Shown here: piece after piece, positions 48,398 to 54,904 of the stretch
Numbering within the stretch: the first letter of the stretch is position 1
Layout: every line of letters begins with the position of its first letter
NCBI GenBank assembly: GCA_030527115.1
Contig: JAUNBM010000003.1
Span: 5,837 to 69,836 of the forward strand
Direction of reading: 5' to 3'
DNA: 64,000 nucleotides
Origin: Clostridia bacterium
Lineage (GTDB): Bacteria; Bacillota; Clostridia; Christensenellales; CAG-138
The notes under the pieces: generated by a model
What the model saw: only the letters and a program-made list of their open reading frames with translations
The model's database searches: none
Told to the model about the DNA's origin: nothing
Made by a program: the position numbers and the translations under genes

Positions 48398-49059
48398 TGT
48401 ATAAGATAAACGATCTGCTGGATTTGAGCAAAACCAGGGCTTTTGGGCTGTTTGAAAACAAGGTCTATCCCTGGGAGGCGCTGGACGATATCAAGGGCTT
48501 CATATTGGAGCTGGGAAAGACGCTTTCGGAGGACGAGTTCGACCATCCTGCCGACGATATTTGGATTGCAAAGGACGCAAAGGTATTTTCCAGCGCGTTT
48601 ATCGGCGGCCCCTGCATCATCGACAGCGGGGCTGAAATCCGCCAGTGCGCCTTCATACGGGGGAGCGCGATAGTCGGGAAGAACTGCGTTGTCGGCAATT
48701 CAACCGAGCTAAAGAATGTGGTGCTGTTCGACGGGGTTCAGGTTCCGCATTACAACTATGTGGGCGACTCCATTTTGGGCTATAAGTCGCACATGGGAGC
48801 CGGCTCTATCACCTCCAATGTCAAGAGCGACAAGACGCTGGTGACGGTTAAGTTCAACGACGAGAGAATCGAAACGGGCAGAAAGAAATTCGGCGCTATC
48901 CTCGGAGACTTTGTCGAGGTCGGTTGCAACAGCGTTCTCAATCCCGGAACCGTTGTGGGCAGAAACAGCAACATATATCCCGTTTCCTGCGTGCGCGGCG
49001 TCATTCCGGAGAGCTCCATCTATAAAACCGGCGGGCTTATCGTCCAAAAGCGCGGATAG
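48394..49059 (+). CDS. left-handed beta-helix acyltransferase resembling the C-terminal (GlcN-1-P acetyltransferase) half of GlmU
   Basis: ATGA overlap with glmM. Hexapeptide repeats: PHYNYVGDSILGYKSHMGAGSITSN...FGAILGDFVEVGCNSVLNPGTVVG. Confidence 0.7.
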   Translation: MMYKINDLLDLSKTRAFGLFENKVYPWEALDDIKGFILELGKTLSEDEFDHPADDIWIAKDAKVFSSAFIGGPCIIDSGAEIRQCAFIRGSAIVGKNCVVGNSTELKNVVLFDGVQVPHYNYVGDSILGYKSHMGAGSITSNVKSDKTLVTVKFNDERIETGRKKFGAILGDFVEVGCNSVLNPGTVVGRNSNIYPVSCVRGVIPESSIYKTGGLIVQKRG

Positions 49060-49072
49060 AGGCTGATTCAAA

Positions 49073-50893
49073 ATGTGCGGTATCGTTGGTTACGTCGGAG
49101 AGCGGAATGCGGCGCCGATATTGATGAAAGGGCTGGAAAAGCTCGAATATCGGGGCTATGACAGCGCGGGAATCGCAGTTCACGACGGAAAAAATGTCAA
49201 TATATACAAGGCCAAGGGCAGACTAAAGGTTCTTGAGGAACGCTATCCCCCAAGCGAGGTTGCGGGCGTTCTCGGAATCGGGCATACGCGTTGGGCTACG
49301 CACGGCGAGCCGAGCGAGCTGAACTCCCATCCCCATGTCAGCGGCAGAATCGCGGTCGTGCATAACGGCATCATCGAGAACTATCAGCGGCTGAAACCCT
49401 GGCTGGAGGAAAAGGGCTTCAATTTTATTTCGGAGACCGACACCGAGGTTGCGGCGCATCTGGTAAACCACTTCTACGAGGGCAATCTGCTACGGGCGCT
49501 GAAAAAGGCGGTGGCGCTTTTGGAGGGGAGCTTTGCGCTCGGCGTTTTGAGCGCGGATTATCCCGACACGCTCGTTGCGGTAAGAAAAGCCAGCCCGCTG
49601 ATAGTCGGAATCGGGGATAACGAGAACTTCATAGCCTCCGATATACCTGCCATTTTGGAGCATACCCGTAAGGTCTATCTCTTAGACGACGGCGATATGG
49701 TCGTGCTTAAAAAGAACGACGTCAGGCTGTACAATTCGCTCGGGGAGCGGATAAGGAAGGAGATTTTTCACGTAACCTGGGACGCGGACATGGCGGAGAA
49801 GGGCGGCTGGGCGCATTTTATGGTCAAGGAGATCAATGAGACGCCCAAGGTTTTGCACGATACTCTGCTTCCGAGGATAGATGAAAACGGCAGGTTCTCG
49901 CTCAGCGAAATATCCGGCTTCGCCGCGATGGCGGGCGGGCTCAGAAGGCTCTTTATTATAGGTTGCGGCACGGCGTATAACGCCGCAATGATGGGAAAGT
50001 ATTTCATAGAGCGGACGGCGCGGATTCCGGTCGAGGTCGATTATGCGAGCGAGTTTCGCTACAGAAAGCCGCTCATCGGCAGGGGCGACGCCTGCATAGT
50101 TATTTCCCAGTCGGGCGAGACTGCCGATACCCTCGCGGCTATGCGCGAGGCTAAGAAGCGGGGCGCAAGGGTTGTGGCGATAACCAATGTTGTCGGAAGT
50201 TCGGTCGCTCGGGAGGCGGACGAGGTTTTCTACACCTGGGCGGGTCCGGAGATAGCGGTCGCCTCTACTAAGGCATACAGCGCACAGCTGATGGCGCTGT
50301 TCATAATAGGAACGGAGCTGGCTTTCAGGGTAGGCGGAATAGACGAGGAGCAGTATTCGGCCATGCTCTCGGCGCTTATAAAGATACCGGAGCAGGTTCA
50401 GCGCGTGCTGGACAACGTTGCACGGATTCAACAGGTTGCGGCGGAGAGATTCAACGCCAAAAACGTATTCTATATCGGGCGCGGAATGGACTGCCCACTG
50501 TCGATGGAGAGCGCGTTAAAGCTCAAGGAGATATGCTATACCCATGCGGAGGCGTTTGCCGCTGGCGAATTGAAGCACGGCCCGTTAGCGCTTTTGGAGC
50601 GCGGGACGCTGGTCGTTTCGCTCATGACGGAGGAGGCGCTGATAGATAAGACTATAAGCAATATGATAGAGTGCCGGACAAGGAGCGCATATATTCTCGG
50701 AATAGCGATGGAGGGGAATATCAAGGCGGTTGAAACCTCCGACGAGTGCATAATGATTCCGAGAACCATGGATTGCTTCGCGCCGATGCTCGCGGCGGTG
50801 GCGGCACAGCTTTTCGCCTATTATGTTGCGGTGCAGAAGGGGCTCGACGTCGACAAGCCGCGAAATCTCGCCAAGTCCGTAACGGTCGAGTAA
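49073..50893 (+). CDS. glmS: glutamine--fructose-6-phosphate aminotransferase
   Basis: MCGIVGYVG (Cys1 amidotransferase), two SIS domains, C-terminal KSVTVE. Confidence 0.97.
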   Translation: MCGIVGYVGERNAAPILMKGLEKLEYRGYDSAGIAVHDGKNVNIYKAKGRLKVLEERYPPSEVAGVLGIGHTRWATHGEPSELNSHPHVSGRIAVVHNGIIENYQRLKPWLEEKGFNFISETDTEVAAHLVNHFYEGNLLRALKKAVALLEGSFALGVLSADYPDTLVAVRKASPLIVGIGDNENFIASDIPAILEHTRKVYLLDDGDMVVLKKNDVRLYNSLGERIRKEIFHVTWDADMAEKGGWAHFMVKEINETPKVLHDTLLPRIDENGRFSLSEISGFAAMAGGLRRLFIIGCGTAYNAAMMGKYFIERTARIPVEVDYASEFRYRKPLIGRGDACIVISQSGETADTLAAMREAKKRGARVVAITNVVGSSVAREADEVFYTWAGPEIAVASTKAYSAQLMALFIIGTELAFRVGGIDEEQYSAMLSALIKIPEQVQRVLDNVARIQQVAAERFNAKNVFYIGRGMDCPLSMESALKLKEICYTHAEAFAAGELKHGPLALLERGTLVVSLMTEEALIDKTISNMIECRTRSAYILGIAMEGNIKAVETSDECIMIPRTMDCFAPMLAAVAAQLFAYYVAVQKGLDVDKPRNLAKSVTVE

Positions 50894-50927
50894 ATTTGTC
50901 GCAAAAGGTCGCATATTTAAGCTTCAG

Positions 50928-50961
50928 CCTGCCGGCGCTTTGGACAAAAAGTTCCGGCAGG
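50928..50961 (+). terminator. possible terminator after glmS
   Basis: CCTGCCGG...CCGGCAGG (8-bp stem, 18-nt loop) followed by a weak TTATGTAATT tract. Confidence 0.4.
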
Positions 50962-51034
50962 TTATGTAATTATATTCGGTTGAGTAATTATCCACTTTTC
51001 CTTCACTTTTTCTTTGAATTAATTGGAAAAGTAC

Positions 51035-51063
51035 TTGCTTTTCTCACAATTTCGTGCTAACAT
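51035..51063 (+). promoter_or_regulatory. putative promoter of the 5'-nucleotidase gene
   Basis: TTGCTT, 17 nt, TAACAT with a TG-type extended -10. This implies a ~160-nt leader. Confidence 0.45.
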
Positions 51064-51228
51064 TACGGTGAATACATGGTAGCTTGCCGATAGTGCCTAT
51101 TTGCGGGCTTCCATGGAAAGCTTAAAACTTGGCTTCGCTTTTGTCCCGTGAAATTTCAAAAAGGGGAGGGAAGGGGAGCGGGGGCTTTGAGCAAAAAAAC
51201 AAAAACAAATAGGAGGAAAAACACACTT

Positions 51229-54200
51229 ATGAAGAAAGCATTGGCACTTATCCTTTCTCTGGCAATGGTTCTTTGCTTGATTCCGGCGGTGGCAGGCGCT
51301 GTTGGTGAAACGGCGACTGCGATGACGACTGCTCCCGTGGATGGAGATCAGGTCGTTATCTATTATCCCGCGGGTGCAACCGCAGTCAGCAACACCGAGT
51401 ACCTTTATGAGTCGCGCGGCTATTGGCAGCTTGAGCCCGTTGAGGTTACGGTTACTGAAGGCGCAATGACCGTTCCGGAGGGCGCCGCTGTATTGGACGT
51501 CACCGTTGATGAAAACGGCAATTACACCTTCGTCGATCAGAACGGCGAGTATCTGACGGCAGGCGAAACCGGTAACAACCTCACCTTCGAGGCTGCCGCA
51601 AGCGATTACAGCCTGTGGATTCCCGAAGATGCAGGAAACGGCAACTTCTATATCAAGAATGTAAACGCCGCTTACAACGAGAGACCCCAGTATCTGGAGT
51701 TCTACAACAACTTCACCACCTATGGCTTCAATGATAGCAATACGGCTATCTACACCTTCACCTTCTTTAAGGTAGAAGCATCCGACCCCGGCCCCATTGA
51801 CCCGCCTCCGGCTGAGAAATCCGATGATATCGTAATTCTCTACAGCAATGACGTGCATTGCGGCATCGGCGAAGAGATTGAAGAAGATGGCACGCTTGTT
51901 AGCTACAGCGGCGGCTATGCGGCTCTCGCGGCTGTCAAGAAGGGCCTTGAGGCGACCCACAACAACGTCCTGCTCGTAGACGCGGGCGACAGCATTCAGG
52001 GCGCGCCGATTGGCACGATTTCCCGCGGTTCCTACATCATCGACATCATGAACTATGTCGGCTATGACGTATCGGCAGTCGGCAACCATGAGTTCGATTA
52101 TGGCATGGATCGCTTCTTCGAGCTGGAAGCGCTGGCTAACTTCCCGTTCGTGGCGGCAAACTTCATGGATCTCACCGCCAATGAGCCGGTTCTGGACGCA
52201 TACAGCGTATTTACCCTTGGCGACGTCAAGGTAGCCTTCGTTGGTATCTCGACCCCCGAAACCCTGACTAAGTCCACCCCGACTTACTTCCAGGATGCGG
52301 AGGGCAACTGGATCTATGATTTCGCGAACGAGAGCTTTGAGACCTTCATCGCCGCGATTCAGCCCGCCATCGATGCGGCTAAAGTTGAAGTCGGCGAGAC
52401 CGGCTATGTTATAGCCCTTGCCCACTTGGGCATTGACCCGTCCTCTACCCCCTGGACTTCCACCGAGATGATCGCGGCGGTATCCGGCCTTGACGCCGTT
52501 ATCGACGGACACTCCCACAGCACGGTTGAAAACCAGATAGTAAAAGATAAGGACGGCAACGATGTAGTCCTCACCCAGACCGGCACGAAGCTTGAAAATG
52601 TTGGCAAGATGACGATTACCGCAGAAGGCATCGTCACCGAGCTTATTCCTCTGGAGGAAGCCGAGGTTGACAAGGACACCAGCGACTACCTGGTAAGCAT
52701 CGCGAGCCTGTACAACGCCGATCTGCAGACCGTCGTTGCGCACACCAACTTCGATCTCACGGTAAACGATCCCGCGACCGGAAGCCGTATCATTCGCAGC
52801 CAGGAAACCAACCTGGGCGACCTCGCGGCGGATGCATATCGCGATCAGCTCGATTCCGACATAGCGTTTGTCAACGGCGGCGGCGTTCGTGCGAACATCC
52901 CTGCAGGCGACATTACCTATGGCCAGATCCTGACGGTACACCCGTTCGGCAACATGGCATGCTTGGTTGAAGTTACCGGCCAGCAGGTTCTCGACGCCCT
53001 TGAGTGGGGCAACAGAATGGTTGGCGTTGGCGAGAACGGCGGCTTTTTGCAGGTATCCGGAATCACCTTTGAGGTTGACCCGAATGTTGAAAACGGTTGC
53101 GTCGTAGATGCGGCTGGAATGTGGGCCGGTCATACCGGCGAGTACAGGGTTAAGAACGTAATGGTCGGAGGAGAGCCTCTGGATCTCGAAGCGAAATATA
53201 CGCTGGCTTCCCACAACTATATGCTCAAGAGCCAGGGCGACGGCTATGCCATGTTTGGAACAGCCAACGTTACCCTGCTCCGTGACGAAGTCCTGATCGA
53301 CAATCAGGTTCTCATCAACTACATCCAGGGCACGCTGGGCGGCGAAATCCCCGAAGTCTATGCAAACCCCTATGGCCAGGGCAGAATCACCATCCTGCCG
53401 ATAGTTGAGGGCGAACCCGAGTATGACTACTATATTGCCGGCGACAGAGGCTATGAGTCCGAATTCACGACCGATGCAAACGGCAACCTGGTCTTCAACC
53501 TGACGCTTGGCGAGCTGGGCGAGAATGAGCTTATCAGCGCGCTTGAGTTTGACCTGGCATGGGATGCAACCAAGCTGGAGCTCGTATCCGCCGTTGCTAA
53601 CCCCTTGACGAGCAGGAATGCTTTCGGCGCTGAAGTCGCTGTGAACCCCGAGCTTAACGTGGATGCGGTTATGCCCAACACGAGCGAGATCTACTATGCG
53701 GTTGCCACGAGCGTTGGCGGCTGGTTCGCAGAGGATCTCAGCAACGTCGTCATGACCCTGACCTTCCAGATCAAGGACGGAGTTGCCGATGGCGAACAGC
53801 TCGACGTTGAGTTCACCAAGTTCAAGTTCTCCGTTGTCAACAGCGAAACCCAGACGATAGTCGATATCCCCGAGGATCAAGTCGGCGCATATGACGGCTA
53901 TATCATTGTCGGCAACGCCCCCGCTCCGGTCGTTGACAAGAGCGCTCTGATCGCGCTTGATGCGCAGTATGACGCAGTTATGACCACCGTTGTAGCGAGC
54001 GCGAACGGCATGGATCTGACCGCAGGCACGCTCTGGCTGACCGAGGCGGAGATTGCCACGAACACCGCCGCTCTGGCGGCTTCCCAGGCAGTCATCGACA
54101 ATGCGGAAGCAACTCAGGAAGAGGTCGATGCGGCATATCAGGCATTGCTTGCGGCCTTCATTCAGCCCAAGACCGTCGTTCTCGACTATACCGCGCTGAA

Positions 54201-54471
54201 TGCGGCTCTCGCCGCCGCGAATGAGTTCGTTGCGAGCGAAGACTTTGCAAACTGCTCCGAGGAGCTCCAGAAGGCATGGACGGATGCGATTGCGGCGGCT
54301 ACCGCTCTGATCGACAATCCGGAAGCCACCCAGAACGCCATCAACGCCGCGACTGACGCGCTGAACGCGCTCAAGAAGACCGGCGAGTCCGCAACCTACA
54401 TCATCTTTGCGGGCATAGCTGTTCTGGCAATGCTTGGCATGGCTGTCGTGGTTCGCCGCAGATTCAACTAA
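51229..54471 (+). CDS. cell-surface bifunctional metallophosphatase/5'-nucleotidase with cohesin-like module, two FIVAR-like repeats and C-terminal sorting signal
   Basis: - ATG follows AGGAGG, then signal peptide MKKALALILSLAMVLCLIPAVAGA.
- Metallophosphatase/nucleotidase motifs: NDVHCG, GDSIQG, GNHEFDYG, DGHSH, ETNLGDLAADAYR, NGGGVRA.
- Cohesin-like module: ISALEFDLAWDATKLELVSA...MTLTFQIKDGVADGEQLDVEF...GYIIVG.
- FIVAR-like: ATQEEVDAAYQALLAAF and ATQNAINAATDALNAL.
- Sorting signal: LKKTGE + hydrophobic helix + RRRFN. Confidence 0.85.
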   Translation: MKKALALILSLAMVLCLIPAVAGAVGETATAMTTAPVDGDQVVIYYPAGATAVSNTEYLYESRGYWQLEPVEVTVTEGAMTVPEGAAVLDVTVDENGNYTFVDQNGEYLTAGETGNNLTFEAAASDYSLWIPEDAGNGNFYIKNVNAAYNERPQYLEFYNNFTTYGFNDSNTAIYTFTFFKVEASDPGPIDPPPAEKSDDIVILYSNDVHCGIGEEIEEDGTLVSYSGGYAALAAVKKGLEATHNNVLLVDAGDSIQGAPIGTISRGSYIIDIMNYVGYDVSAVGNHEFDYGMDRFFELEALANFPFVAANFMDLTANEPVLDAYSVFTLGDVKVAFVGISTPETLTKSTPTYFQDAEGNWIYDFANESFETFIAAIQPAIDAAKVEVGETGYVIALAHLGIDPSSTPWTSTEMIAAVSGLDAVIDGHSHSTVENQIVKDKDGNDVVLTQTGTKLENVGKMTITAEGIVTELIPLEEAEVDKDTSDYLVSIASLYNADLQTVVAHTNFDLTVNDPATGSRIIRSQETNLGDLAADAYRDQLDSDIAFVNGGGVRANIPAGDITYGQILTVHPFGNMACLVEVTGQQVLDALEWGNRMVGVGENGGFLQVSGITFEVDPNVENGCVVDAAGMWAGHTGEYRVKNVMVGGEPLDLEAKYTLASHNYMLKSQGDGYAMFGTANVTLLRDEVLIDNQVLINYIQGTLGGEIPEVYANPYGQGRITILPIVEGEPEYDYYIAGDRGYESEFTTDANGNLVFNLTLGELGENELISALEFDLAWDATKLELVSAVANPLTSRNAFGAEVAVNPELNVDAVMPNTSEIYYAVATSVGGWFAEDLSNVVMTLTFQIKDGVADGEQLDVEFTKFKFSVVNSETQTIVDIPEDQVGAYDGYIIVGNAPAPVVDKSALIALDAQYDAVMTTVVASANGMDLTAGTLWLTEAEIATNTAALAASQAVIDNAEATQEEVDAAYQALLAAFIQPKTVVLDYTALNAALAAANEFVASEDFANCSEELQKAWTDAIAAATALIDNPEATQNAINAATDALNALKKTGESATYIIFAGIAVLAMLGMAVVVRRRFN

Positions 54472-54519
54472 TCTGCATTACTAAATCAACAGGGAGGAGA
54501 TATCCTCCTTAGACCTTCG

Positions 54520-54559
54520 GCAAACCCCGCGTTCTTCGGAATACGGGGTTTGCATTTTT
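54520..54559 (+). terminator. intrinsic terminator
   Basis: GCAAACCCCG...CGGGGTTTGC (10-bp stem) followed by ATTTTT. Confidence 0.8.
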
Positions 54560-54904
54560 CTATCGTTTATTTACGCGGCGGAAGTCCCCTTGCCGCCCAC
54601 TTTCTTTCAAAATACATATTCACAGATATTTTCCATTATCGCTCTTTGCGGTTTGCATTTATGTGTTAAGGTTTTAAAAAGGAGATTATTATGGGAAATT
54701 GATGCGGAGCTTGCGGAATATCCCTAAGCTTCGCAAACGATAATCAATCAGGCGCTTTTTGAGGCATAATGGCGGAATATCGAAGCGGAGAGCCGCACCC
54801 CTAATGCGTCAAAACTGCAACAAAAGCGTAAAAATGAAAAAAGGATAGGCACAAATTCAATTCTGTGCTATAATACTCATAGATATGGTCGGGAGGGCGT
54901 TATT

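Noticed and set aside
49060-49072. Expected position of a glmS ribozyme upstream of glmS.
   Set aside because: Only 13 nt separate glmS from the preceding gene. I also saw no ribozyme core in the 46983-47044 or 46069-46262 spacers. This was checked by eye only, and a covariance-model search should confirm it.
51097-53880. A 927-aa ORF on the minus strand, one of the longest in the track.
   Set aside because: It lies entirely antisense to the 5'-nucleotidase gene, whose motifs (NDVHCG, GNHEFDYG, DGHSH and others) are unambiguous. Its translation is low-complexity and rich in G/V/A/R/D, with no motif, RBS or promoter. This is a typical shadow ORF of a GC-rich gene.
54691-54702. A three-codon ORF (ATG GGA AAT TGA) behind a strong AAAGGAG RBS, considered as a leader peptide.
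   Set aside because: It is too short to evaluate, no attenuator structure is evident around it, and it is ~200 nt upstream of the operon promoter. It is kept only as part of the unexplained-spacer finding.
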